DNA from: an uncultured Actinomycetota bacterium | Lineage (GTDB): Bacteria; Actinomycetota; Acidimicrobiia; Spongiisociales; UBA4744 | Reading direction: 5' to 3' | NCBI GenBank assembly: GCA_963707435.1 | Contig: CAVPPF010000005.1 | Coordinates: 578,714-642,713, forward strand | Length of the DNA stretch: 64,000 nucleotides | Shown here: piece after piece, positions 18,063-27,353 of the stretch | How positions within the stretch are numbered: the stretch's first letter is position 1 | Layout: the number at the start of each line of letters is the position of its first letter | Notes under the pieces: generated by a model | Seen by the model: only the letters and a program-made list of their open reading frames with translations | What the model was told of the DNA's origin: nothing | The model's database searches: none | Program-made: the position numbers and the translations under genes

Positions 18063-21000
18063 CTACTCCTGGTAGCCGGGACTTTCGATCTTGGTGCCCG
18101 CCTCCCCGGCCATGACCGGGAGATGGGCCATGGAGCCCTGCAAACCCCGCAGCAGCACGAACATGTCGGCGGCCGGGGTCAGCGACAACGCCTGGCCCTC
18201 GAGCGTGCCCGCGGCGGGCGTAGCTTCGAGCAGGCCGAACGATTCGAGATCCAGGCGGGCCGTGAACGAAGGCGACGAGTACTCGACGGCACCATTGACC
18301 GAGAGACGGTGCGTCTCCCCATTCCAGCGACCCTCCATCGAACCGTCCTCGAACACCATGAAGGCGTTGTCCTTCTCGGCTTCGAAATCGGCCCGGTCGA
18401 GGTACAAACGCGGTTTGTCCTTGTAGGGATCACCCGACGTCGGGCAGGCCGTCGTGCAGTTGCCGCATTCGTTGCAGAAGTCGGTGAGCACCGCAATCTG
18501 CAACGTTTGAGCCGCCCGATAGGCGTGCTTCTCGCCCGCCACCACGGAGTCTCCGTCCACCGCGAGAGCCGGCAGCGCCACGGCGAACGGATCCATCTCG
18601 TAGGTCATCAGGGCCATGTTGGGACATACCCCGACGCACAGGCTGCAGATCTCATGACAATCGAGACACCGGCTCGCCTCGGCGATGGCTTGCTCGGGCG
18701 TGTAACCCAGCACGGTCTCTTCGAAACCGTCGCGCCGATCGAGCGGTGAGAACTCGATCGGGACCCGGTACTCGCGCCGAGCCCGGCGGACGGTCATCTC
18801 GTGCAGATCGACCCGCACGGCTGCTGCTTCCTCCGGCGGGTCCGCTTGACCGTGAGCGGCGATGATCGCTGCCGCAACCGCCTTGCCATCCGCCGCCGCC
18901 TTGACGATTGAGGACGGGCCATCGGCCGCCACGTCGCCGCCGGCGTAGACGCCGGGAATCGAGGACTCGAATGTGAACGGATCGACCTCGATGTACCCGC
19001 GCTTGGTGAGCGCCGGTGTTTCCTCGCCGAAGAAGTCCAGCACCGAATGCTGGCTGATGGCCAGGATGAGGGTGTCGAGCGGAATCTCGAACTCAGAGTC
19101 CGGTACGTCGTGGGGGATCTTGCGGCCCGAAGCGTCGCGGTCGCCCCGGTACTCCGTCTTCGTGCAGATGAGTCCGGCCAGCTTGCCATCCTCAATGTGG
19201 AGGGCGTGCGGAGCAGCCAGTTCGAAGATGCCGATCCCCTCCTCTTTGCAGGCGTGGATCTCCTCCGGATCGGCCGGCATCTGATCGATCGTGCGCCGGT
19301 AAATGAGCGACGCCTGTTCTGCACCCACCCGGCGGGCCGAACGGACGGCATCCATGGCGGTATCCCCTGCCCCGATGACGCCCACCCGGGCGCCGATCGG
19401 CACGGGATTCTCTTCTCGAACGCTGCGCAGGAAGAGCAGCGCATCCATGATGCCTTCCGAGTCCTCCCCCTCGAGATTGAGCCGCTTGGCGAGCTGGGCG
19501 CCGACCGCCACAAAGATGGTCTCGAACCCATCGGCCCGGAGTCCGGCCATGGTGAAATCGACACCGGCCGTCTGGCCGTAGCGGATCTCCACACCCAGTT
19601 CCTGGAGGATCGCCATGTCCCGGTCGATCTCCGATTGGGGAAGTCGATAGCTGGGGATGGCTCCACCGACCATGCCGCCGGCGTAGGGGTGAGCTTCGAA
19701 AATCGTGACCGTGAACCCGGCGTACCCGAGCGCCTGGGCGGCGGACAGGCCGGCCGGTCCCGCACCGATGATGGCGACCTTCGGACCGGAGGCAGGCTTC
19801 TTGCGGAACATGACGGGCTGTTGCTCGTGCTCCATGATGAACCGCTTCATGTGCCGGATTGCCAGCGGCTGATCGAGGTGGGTCCGGATGCACGTGTTCT
19901 CGCAGAGGTGGTCGCAGACGCGGCCGAGAATGGACGGCAGCGGATTGTCCTCCCGGGTGAGCTTGACGGCTTCGAGAAACTCGCCGTTTCGGACGGCGTT
20001 CATGTACTGCGGAACCTTCTGATCGACCGGACACTCATCCAGGCACGGAGCCTCGATGCAGTCGAAGAAGCCCAGGGTGCGGGGTGTCTTGGATCGGTCC
20101 ATCCGGAAGGACTCTTTCTCGTAGCGCCAGTCCTTCCGAACCTTCTCTGCGTAGTGACGCAGGTTGAGACGGGCCATCACCTTGACGACCAGGTCGACGA
20201 GGGCCCCGGTTCGTTCCTGGTCGAACCCGTGCGCTCCCGCCCACGCTGAAACCCGGTCGGCGACGGGTCCCTCGCCTGCGGCGAGGTGCCCGGCCAACGC
20301 CGAACATGCGTCGCTATCGAGGGCCAGGCCGCTGTCGGTGAGGGCCGACCAGCGGAGCAGCGGCACGAACTCTTCATAGCCTTCGCGGGAGATGGCCGAG
20401 CGAGCGATGAAGTCGTCCATGTCGGATGCTCCGACCGCTTCGATCGCCGCTTCGAGGTTCTCCATGTACTGCAGCATGCGCAGGTAGCCGCCGGTCTTGA
20501 GCAGGTCGGAACACACCGTCACCGTCTTCATGCCGCCGGCCAGGAGGTCGGCCACGTTGAAGCAGTCGGCTCCCCCGGCGAAGGAGAGCATGAGGTCGCC
20601 CCGGAACTCCTCGCTGATCTTGGAGGCAAGGTTGGTGGTCACCGGGTGAAGGGCCCGGCCGGACAAGTACATCATCTCGTCCCGATCGAAGACCGTGCGC
20701 CAGTTGTCCACCTCCAGCGTGTTGGACAGCTTGAGGCCGAACTTCCGATCGTGCTCGGCGGCAATCCTGCGCAGGTTGTGGAACATGGGCACGGCGTCGA
20801 CGTACTTGAGGTCATGTCCGAACGCCTCATCCGGAACCGGGACGTCCACGAAGGCCAGATCCTCGTTGATGATCTTGCGGACCCGGTCGGCGCCCAGCAA
20901 GGTGGGGTTGCACTTCACCGAGGTATGCAGTTTGCGCTCTTCCAGGAGGTAGTGGGTGATCCGCTCGATTTCGTCGGGCGGGCATCCGTGCATCGTCGAA

Positions 21001-21623
21001 AGCGTGATGGTGTCCGAGACCAGCGCCGGGATCTCCAGGTCGCGCACCTCGGGATAGCGGCGGGCAACGATGTCGATGAACGCAGGCAGGTACTCCGAAG
21101 CGTCGAGCATCGTGTCGAGGTACCACTGCACGTTGGGTTTGAGGATCCCCTCCAGGTTGTAGCCGACGCTCATGTTGAAGATCATCCCGGGCCGGTCGCC
21201 CGGGAACCCGAACTTGTGGTGGAGCGCATGGATCAGGACCCAGGCCCGCAAATACTCGTCGAACGACTCGTAGACCTTGAGTTCCTGGGACCATTCGACG
21301 TTGTAGCCCTCATCTTCGATGTCGATGCACGGCTTGTTGACTTCGAGTTCGTCGAGCGTCTGCACGGTCTTCAACTCGATGAACCGGGCCCCGACGAGCC
21401 AGGAAACGATGATGTTCTGGGCCATCTGGGTGTGAGGACCGGCCGCCACTCCGAATGGTGTTTCGAGTATCTGACCGTATTTTTCGATACGGAACCGGTC
21501 GGTCTCCTTCGGGACGAAGAAAGCCGAGCGGGGCACGCCGAAGAGCGAGTCCTTCTGCTCCAGTTCGTCGAAGACCCAGTCGGTCAGCTGCTCCATCGAA
21601 ATGGGGTGGAATCGATCGGACAT
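18063..21623 (-). CDS. ygfK: YgfK-family flavin/Fe-S oxidoreductase
   Basis: MSDRFHP, GVAAGPHTQMAQNII, RFIELKTVQ, STMHGCPPDEIE, FGLKLSNT, GAGPAGL, and C-terminal CxxCxxCxxxCP clusters. Confidence 0.92.
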   Translation of the reverse strand: MSDRFHPISMEQLTDWVFDELEQKDSLFGVPRSAFFVPKETDRFRIEKYGQILETPFGVAAGPHTQMAQNIIVSWLVGARFIELKTVQTLDELEVNKPCIDIEDEGYNVEWSQELKVYESFDEYLRAWVLIHALHHKFGFPGDRPGMIFNMSVGYNLEGILKPNVQWYLDTMLDASEYLPAFIDIVARRYPEVRDLEIPALVSDTITLSTMHGCPPDEIERITHYLLEERKLHTSVKCNPTLLGADRVRKIINEDLAFVDVPVPDEAFGHDLKYVDAVPMFHNLRRIAAEHDRKFGLKLSNTLEVDNWRTVFDRDEMMYLSGRALHPVTTNLASKISEEFRGDLMLSFAGGADCFNVADLLAGGMKTVTVCSDLLKTGGYLRMLQYMENLEAAIEAVGASDMDDFIARSAISREGYEEFVPLLRWSALTDSGLALDSDACSALAGHLAAGEGPVADRVSAWAGAHGFDQERTGALVDLVVKVMARLNLRHYAEKVRKDWRYEKESFRMDRSKTPRTLGFFDCIEAPCLDECPVDQKVPQYMNAVRNGEFLEAVKLTREDNPLPSILGRVCDHLCENTCIRTHLDQPLAIRHMKRFIMEHEQQPVMFRKKPASGPKVAIIGAGPAGLSAAQALGYAGFTVTIFEAHPYAGGMVGGAIPSYRLPQSEIDRDMAILQELGVEIRYGQTAGVDFTMAGLRADGFETIFVAVGAQLAKRLNLEGEDSEGIMDALLFLRSVREENPVPIGARVGVIGAGDTAMDAVRSARRVGAEQASLIYRRTIDQMPADPEEIHACKEEGIGIFELAAPHALHIEDGKLAGLICTKTEYRGDRDASGRKIPHDVPDSEFEIPLDTLILAISQHSVLDFFGEETPALTKRGYIEVDPFTFESSIPGVYAGGDVAADGPSSIVKAAADGKAVAAAIIAAHGQADPPEEAAAVRVDLHEMTVRRARREYRVPIEFSPLDRRDGFEETVLGYTPEQAIAEASRCLDCHEICSLCVGVCPNMALMTYEMDPFAVALPALAVDGDSVVAGEKHAYRAAQTLQIAVLTDFCNECGNCTTACPTSGDPYKDKPRLYLDRADFEAEKDNAFMVFEDGSMEGRWNGETHRLSVNGAVEYSSPSFTARLDLESFGLLEATPAAGTLEGQALSLTPAADMFVLLRGLQGSMAHLPVMAGEAGTKIESPGYQE

Positions 21624-21652
21624 GTCGCTCCTCGTCTTGTTTGATCAGATAG

Positions 21653-22675
21653 TCATAGGCGGGCGTGCAGGCGGGCGGCTTGCTCGGCGGCTTTGGCGCG
21701 GATCTCGGCAGCATCGACCCTGGTGGGCTTGCCATCGGTGAAGACCACCTCGCCGTCGACCTTCACTTCCAGGGGCCGGACGCCCGGCGTGAACGCCAGG
21801 TGCCACGGATCCATCGGGTCGTACGACCACGTGACTTCGTCGTTGCGGGCCTCGGGCATGATGTCCCAGCCGGTCTCCAACCACGACCAGGCCTTGTCCG
21901 GTCCGCACGTGATATCGACGCTGCGCTGCATGACGTATGCCAGCCGGAAGGACTCAATGACGTTGGCACCAATGCCGTCCGTTCCCAACGCCACCGGGTT
22001 CTTGAACCGGGCCGGATTGGCATACCCAACGGCGTTGTTCAGGTTGGAGCGAGGGTTGTGCAGGATCGTTCCTCGCAAGGTGTGATCGGTGGGGAGATGC
22101 ACGCAGTGGCTCAGCAACCAGTTGTCCCGGGTCATGCCGTCGAGCCGTTGTGGAGCGTCGATATCACCGATTCCTTCGGCGACGTGAATGTGAACGCCCA
22201 CCCCGAGTTCCTCGGCAAGGCCGGCGGCAGCTTCCAGCGACTCATCGGTGCACGTGAAGGCCGCATGGATACCAACCAGCGCCTTGTTGCCTTCCTGAAC
22301 GAAGCGCCGGTTCTCCTCCAGGCCCCGCCGGGCACCGTCGGCCCCGTGCCGGTCGGTGATCCCGTAGGCGGGGAGAACCCGCACCCCGACCTCGGCACAT
22401 GCTTCGGCGATGACACTGAGGCTCCCCTCAATGGCGTTGGGAGATTCGTGATGATCGACGATGGCCGTCGTGCCCGACTCGAGCGCCTCGAGGGCACCAA
22501 GCATGGCGGACCAACGGATCATGTCCAGGTCGAGCGCGGTGTCCAGTCGCCACCAGATCTGCTCGAGGACCTCCTGGAAGTTGGTCGGGGTCTTGGGGGG
22601 CGGGGGCATACCGCGTGCCAGGGCCGAGTAGAGGTGGTGATGGGCGCAAACCAGGCCCGGTGTCGTGGCGGACAT
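21653..22675 (-). CDS. ssnA: SsnA-like amidohydrolase (short N-terminus)
   Basis: PGLVCAHHHLYSALARG, WWRLD, GTTAIVDHHESP, GIHAAFT, HIHVAEG, HNPRSNLNNAVG, LGTDG. Confidence 0.82.
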   Translation of the reverse strand: MSATTPGLVCAHHHLYSALARGMPPPPKTPTNFQEVLEQIWWRLDTALDLDMIRWSAMLGALEALESGTTAIVDHHESPNAIEGSLSVIAEACAEVGVRVLPAYGITDRHGADGARRGLEENRRFVQEGNKALVGIHAAFTCTDESLEAAAGLAEELGVGVHIHVAEGIGDIDAPQRLDGMTRDNWLLSHCVHLPTDHTLRGTILHNPRSNLNNAVGYANPARFKNPVALGTDGIGANVIESFRLAYVMQRSVDITCGPDKAWSWLETGWDIMPEARNDEVTWSYDPMDPWHLAFTPGVRPLEVKVDGEVVFTDGKPTRVDAAEIRAKAAEQAARLHARL

Positions 22676-22717
22676 ATGCTCCTCCGTTACGTTGCTACCC
22701 CAACCTACCCCTCGTGC

Positions 22718-25306
22718 TCATGCTCGTTTTTCGATGGGTTGGTGGATGGACATCGGGAGGCGGTTGCGCCATCGGCCGTCCACCTCGTGGAAGGCGGCCG
22801 CCACCGCACCCGCCGTCGGGACCAGGCCGATCTCACCGACCCCCTTGATCCCGTAGGGGGCACCGGGTTGCGGGGCCTCCACCAGGTGCACCTCGATCTC
22901 CGGGATGTCCTTGGCGCGCAAGATGCCCAGGCTCCGGAGGGTCATGTTGGTCGGCATCCCGGCGTCGTCCGTCGGGAACTCTTCGGAGAGGGCGTACCCG
23001 AGCCCCATGTGGACCGCGCCCTGGACCTGGCCCTCGCACAGAGTCGGGTTGACCACCCGCCCCACATCGTGGACGGCAACGACCTTGTCGATCGTGCCCG
23101 TTTCAGGATCGGCGATCACCAGCTGGGCCGCGTACCCAAACGTCGAATGGATGATCGGGTTCTCCACCCCATCTTCGAGGGAGTTGGTCCAGTCGACCCG
23201 GTACTCGCCGTAGTAGTCGACGCCGGGACGGCACTCGTTCTCGAGAGCCACATGACAGGCGGCTTTGACGCCACCTGCTCCCATCAGCGTGCCTCGCGAG
23301 CCGGTCGTCTGACCGGCCCCCAGTTCCCGGGTGGTGTCGACCACGACCCGGACCCGTTCGGGAGCTATGCCCAGTTCCTCCACGGCCACCTGCAGAGCCA
23401 CGGTATGGATCCCCTGGCCCATCTCCGTCCAGCAGTGTCGGACCTCGACGGTGCCGTCCTCTTCAAACCGCACCACCGCACCGGAGATCTCCTTGAAACC
23501 GTTGCCGAGCCCGGAGTTCTTGATTCCCATCCCGAGCCCGACCGCCTTGCCTGCCGCCCGGGCCCCGTCGTAGGCGTCTTTGATGGCATCCAGGCACAGG
23601 CGGGCTCCCCGGCTGCCCTCGTCCATGATTTGTCCGGGACCCCACACATCTCCGGGCTCCACCACGTTGCGGGACCGGATCTCCCAGCCGCTGATGCCCA
23701 CCTTTTCGGCCAGGCGATCGAGCAGCCCCTCCGTGGCGAACTGAGCCTGATTGGCACCGAAACCGCGAAAGGCGCCGCACACCGGGTTGTTCGTGCGGGC
23801 GGCGGTCGCCTCGACGTCGATGGTGGGGAACACATACGGACCGCTGGCGTGGCCGGCCGCCCGCTCCAGCACCTTCATCCCCACCGAAGCGTAGGGACCG
23901 CTGTCGCCGACCATACGGGCCCGCAAGGCGGTGAGTTTGCCGTCGGCGTCACAACCGGCGGTTGCCTCGATCCGGATGGGGTGCCGCTTGGCGTGCATCA
24001 GTAGGGATTGCTCCCGGGTCAGCGTGCACTTGACCGGCCGTCCCAGCAGGTGGGCAGCGAGCGCCGTCTGCGCCTGGTTGGACATGTCTTCCTTGCCGCC
24101 GAAGGCACCGCCGTTAGAAACCAGCTCCACGACGACATCGTCGTTGGAGATTGCCAGAACCTCTGCGATCTGATTGCGGTCGTCCCATACGCCCTGGCCA
24201 CCGGAATACACCATCATCGGTCCGTCGTCGTTCGGCACGGCCAGGGTCGATTCGGGTTCGAGGAAGGCGTGTTCGACGCGCGGGGTCAGGAAGGTCTCCT
24301 CGACCGTGAAGGCCGAGCCGGCTAGAGCAGCATCGACGTCCCCGCGGGCATAGACCGAGCGGGACAGAACGTTGCCGTCCAGCCCCCATACGGCATCTTC
24401 CTCCGAGGCCAGCGCGGAGTCGGCATCGACAAAGGGCGAGTGCACGACGTATTCCACTTCCACCTTCTCGGCCGCGGCCCGTGCCTGGGCCACCGACTCG
24501 GCGACGACGATCGCCAGGACATCGCCGAGGTACGAGGTGCGACCTCCCACCGGGATGAAGACGGGCCAGTCCCGGTGAATGATCCCAACTTTGAGCTCAC
24601 CGGGGACATCCGCCCCGGTGTACACGGCGACCACGCCGTCCATGGCCAGCGCCGCGGCCGTGTCGATAGAGACGACATCCGCCCGGGCATGGTCGGCCAG
24701 GCGCAGCGCACCATGCAGCATGCCGTCGACCCGCATGTCATCGACGTATCCTCGATCGCCGAGCGCCAGGCCGACTGCCTCATACTTGGAACCGCGCGAC
24801 CCGAGCCCGCCGAGCGGTTCGAGTTCCGGAATCGCGTCGTCGCGCAGCATCTCGATCGCCTCGAAGATCTTGGTGTATCCGGTGCAGCGGCACAGGTGTG
24901 CGCCCAACCGGCCCGCGGCCGTCTCGATGGTCAGGTCGCTGCCCTTCTGGTCGAGCAGGGCTTTCGTCCGGACGAGTATGCCGGGGGTGCAGAAGCCGCA
25001 CTGGAGGGCGCCCGCTGCGGCGAAGGCGGTCGCGAGCCGGTCACGGTCGTTCTGATCGAATCCTTCGAGGGTCGTAACCGTCTTGCCCTCAGCCTTCTCC
25101 ATCGGGACGAGACAGCTCTGGATGGCTTTGCCGTCCAGGAGCACGGTGCAGGCACCACATTGGCCCGACGGCGAACAGCCGTCCTTTGGGGACGTGATAC
25201 CCAGTTCCTCGCGCAACGCAGCCAACAGATGGGGGTGATCGGCTGCTACCGAAACCGGGCGGCCATTCACCACGAACGAACTGATTCCCGGAGTCGTTAG
25301 CGTCAT
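22718..25306 (-). CDS. Molybdenum hydroxylase with fused 2Fe-2S + Moco subunits (Se-dependent xanthine dehydrogenase type)
   Basis: KDGCSPSGQCGACTV, QCGFCTPG, LCRCTGY, EHAFLEPE, GGAFGGKED, AFRGFG, EMGQG, KGVGE; ATG 25306 after GAGAGGG. Confidence 0.9.
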   Translation of the reverse strand: MTLTTPGISSFVVNGRPVSVAADHPHLLAALREELGITSPKDGCSPSGQCGACTVLLDGKAIQSCLVPMEKAEGKTVTTLEGFDQNDRDRLATAFAAAGALQCGFCTPGILVRTKALLDQKGSDLTIETAAGRLGAHLCRCTGYTKIFEAIEMLRDDAIPELEPLGGLGSRGSKYEAVGLALGDRGYVDDMRVDGMLHGALRLADHARADVVSIDTAAALAMDGVVAVYTGADVPGELKVGIIHRDWPVFIPVGGRTSYLGDVLAIVVAESVAQARAAAEKVEVEYVVHSPFVDADSALASEEDAVWGLDGNVLSRSVYARGDVDAALAGSAFTVEETFLTPRVEHAFLEPESTLAVPNDDGPMMVYSGGQGVWDDRNQIAEVLAISNDDVVVELVSNGGAFGGKEDMSNQAQTALAAHLLGRPVKCTLTREQSLLMHAKRHPIRIEATAGCDADGKLTALRARMVGDSGPYASVGMKVLERAAGHASGPYVFPTIDVEATAARTNNPVCGAFRGFGANQAQFATEGLLDRLAEKVGISGWEIRSRNVVEPGDVWGPGQIMDEGSRGARLCLDAIKDAYDGARAAGKAVGLGMGIKNSGLGNGFKEISGAVVRFEEDGTVEVRHCWTEMGQGIHTVALQVAVEELGIAPERVRVVVDTTRELGAGQTTGSRGTLMGAGGVKAACHVALENECRPGVDYYGEYRVDWTNSLEDGVENPIIHSTFGYAAQLVIADPETGTIDKVVAVHDVGRVVNPTLCEGQVQGAVHMGLGYALSEEFPTDDAGMPTNMTLRSLGILRAKDIPEIEVHLVEAPQPGAPYGIKGVGEIGLVPTAGAVAAAFHEVDGRWRNRLPMSIHQPIEKRA

Positions 25307-25380
25307 GTCACACCCTCTCAATAGAGCCGGTTCTACGCAACCGTAGAGCGATCGCCCGGTGGTGTCATCTTGAGGTCGAT

Positions 25381-25395
25381 TTAACAGTTTGTCAA
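25381..25395 (-). promoter_or_regulatory. -35 box overlapping a palindromic operator upstream of xdh-ssnA-ygfK
   Basis: Minus strand TTGACA-AAC-TGTTAA; CAAGAT 17 bp after TTGACA. Confidence 0.6.
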
Positions 25396-25477
25396 CGGCT
25401 CACCTGAGGCGCGTTGATGTGGAAAACGGCCCCTCCGCACGAGGTAGAGTCCTGGGAACCGGTCGAGGAGTATCGAC

Positions 25478-25720
25478 GTGTCGTGCCGAGCGGAGTTCAC
25501 GATCGAGCCGTTCGAGGAAGGCTCTCCCGGTCGCCACGTCATGGCTGCCGTCGAGGCCGTTCGGGCCCTTGGTTTCGAACCCGAGCTGGGTCCTTTCGGG
25601 ACGTCCGTCGAAGGTGAACCTGCCCGGGTCATCGACGCAATCAGGGCGATGCTCGCCACCGTCGGCACGTCCGGGGCCTCCCGGATCACGCTGCACATCG
25701 ATCTGGACTATCAGCCATGA
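25478..25720 (+). CDS. Thiamine-binding/DUF77 (YkoF-like) small protein
   Basis: AEFTIEPF...ELGPFGTSVEGE pattern; SD GAGGAG; ATGA overlap with the next gene. Confidence 0.75.
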   Translation: MSCRAEFTIEPFEEGSPGRHVMAAVEAVRALGFEPELGPFGTSVEGEPARVIDAIRAMLATVGTSGASRITLHIDLDYQP

Positions 25721-26085
25721 CCGTTGCGACGACCCACCCTGTTCTGGTCGCCATCCAGCCACTCCTCGATGCCGTCGGCGGGACGATCATCCCGGCCGGT
25801 GGGCTCGACGCGGGCGACGTCCCCATCTCCTGGGAAGGGGAGGTGATCGGCGGTGTCCGACTGGACTCGCTTTCCGGGGCCCTCGAGCGGTTGGTTGCCA
25901 ACATCGAGGACGAGCTGGGTGGAAAGCTCGTGGACCTCCCCAGGAAGGAAAAACAGGCTGCCGTCCGCATGCTCGACGAACGGGGAGCGTTCTTCTTGAG
26001 AAAAGCAATCGAAGAAGTCGCCGCCATGATGGGAGTCAGCCGGATCACCATCTACAACTACCTGAACGTGATCAGGAATGATTGA
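25717..26085 (+). CDS. YheO-type C-terminal HTH (HTH_22) regulator
   Basis: RKEKQAAVRMLDERGAFFLRKAIEEVAAMMGVSRITIYNYL. Confidence 0.85.
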   Translation: MTVATTHPVLVAIQPLLDAVGGTIIPAGGLDAGDVPISWEGEVIGGVRLDSLSGALERLVANIEDELGGKLVDLPRKEKQAAVRMLDERGAFFLRKAIEEVAAMMGVSRITIYNYLNVIRND

Positions 26086-26105
26086 GCACCGGCGCCTGCA
26101 GCGAA

Positions 26106-26120
26106 TTGACATTTTGTTAG
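26106..26120 (+). promoter_or_regulatory. -35 box overlapping a palindromic operator upstream of the ABC transporter
   Basis: TTGACA-TTT-TGTTAG, same architecture as 25381-25395. Confidence 0.6.
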
Positions 26121-26177
26121 CCAACGACGACGCTACCGACGTGGCGTCGGTTCGGGGTCGAAGGGAGACGCGTTGGC

Positions 26178-27353
26178 GTGACTAGCGCGGTAGAGCAGCG
26201 TCGAAGCAAGTCGAGGTACCTTGCGTTCTTGATCCCGGTCGGTTCCGTCCTCGCGGCCCTCCTCATCGGAGCGATCATGCTGGTCGCGCTGGGTGCCAAC
26301 CCACTCGAGGGCTTCCGCGAGTTATTCAACGGGGCGTTCGGAAGCACCGACGCCCTCATCTCGACCGCTTTGAAGGCCACGCCTCTTCTGTTTGTTGGTG
26401 TGGGCATCACCATCGCCTTCCGGGCCAACGTCATCAACATCGGCGGGGAGGGCCAGATGGTGGCCGGTGGGCTCCTCGCTACGGTGGTAGCCCTGACCTT
26501 GCCCGACCTCTCCGCCTGGATCATGTTGCCGGCCGTTCTGATCGCCGGGCTGATCGGCGGAGCAGCCTGGGGAGCAGTGCCCGGAGCCCTCAAGGCCTAC
26601 TTCGGAGTCAACGAAATCCTCAGCACGATCATGCTCAACGTCGTCGCCGTGCAGCTCATGAACTATTTGCTCCGGGGACCCCTCATCGACCCGGGTGAGA
26701 TTGAACGCGGCACGCGAATCCCCCAGACGGCCCGGCTTCAGGAAGGGGCCGATCTACCGCTTCTGTTCGGGGATGGCCGCTTCCACATTGGACCGCTGCT
26801 GGCTGTACTGGTTGCCGTTGCGGCCTACATCCTCCTGTGGCGAACGCCCCTCGGATACCGGGTACGAGCGGTCGGATTGAACCCGGATGCCTCCAAATAC
26901 GCCGGCATCCCGGTCAAGCGGACCATCGTCCTTGCTCTGACGCTCAGCGGCGCAATGTGTGGACTCGCCGGGGCAGTGCTGGTCTTCGGGAGCGAGAGCC
27001 ACCGGATGGTCACCGACGGTTCCACGGCCGGATTCACCGGCAGCGCCGGATTCAACGGCATCGTCGCCGCCCTCTTCGGAGGACTCCATCCCATCTGGAC
27101 GATTCCTGCTTCCTTCCTGTTCGGCGGCCTCCTCGTCGGCGGCCTCGCCTTACAGCGAGCCGTGCAGGTGCCGTCGGCCCTGATCCTTGCCCTGAACGGC
27201 TTGGTCGTGGTGTTCGTGGTAGCGACCGACCGCTACCGCAAGCGCATGCTGGCCAGGGATGCCCGGGTGGACGCGCCGGAACCGCTTGCCCCTCCGTCGA
27301 GTTCTCCCCCGACAAATGGACCCGCGCCTCCTGGTGAAGGAGACTCCTCGTGA
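26178..27353 (+). CDS. Nucleoside/purine ABC transporter permease
   Basis: INIGGEGQ, GVNEILSTIMLN, RAVGLNPDASKYAGI, GFNGIVAALFG. Confidence 0.92.
   Translation: MTSAVEQRRSKSRYLAFLIPVGSVLAALLIGAIMLVALGANPLEGFRELFNGAFGSTDALISTALKATPLLFVGVGITIAFRANVINIGGEGQMVAGGLLATVVALTLPDLSAWIMLPAVLIAGLIGGAAWGAVPGALKAYFGVNEILSTIMLNVVAVQLMNYLLRGPLIDPGEIERGTRIPQTARLQEGADLPLLFGDGRFHIGPLLAVLVAVAAYILLWRTPLGYRVRAVGLNPDASKYAGIPVKRTIVLALTLSGAMCGLAGAVLVFGSESHRMVTDGSTAGFTGSAGFNGIVAALFGGLHPIWTIPASFLFGGLLVGGLALQRAVQVPSALILALNGLVVVFVVATDRYRKRMLARDARVDAPEPLAPPSSSPPTNGPAPPGEGDSS

Noticed and set aside
21665-24004. 779-aa plus-strand ORF (and similar long ORFs such as 38454..40775)
   Set aside because: Antisense to well-supported ssnA/xdh and hisDG; expected from high-GC codon bias.
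18063-25306. Selenocysteine recoding in ygfK, ssnA or xdh
   Set aside because: All three ORFs are uninterrupted, with no in-frame UGA.
25307-25372. Purine or xanthine riboswitch in the xdh leader
   Set aside because: Only a small TCTACG/CGTAGA hairpin; no match to the purine or NMT1 consensus by eye. An Infernal/Rfam scan would settle it.
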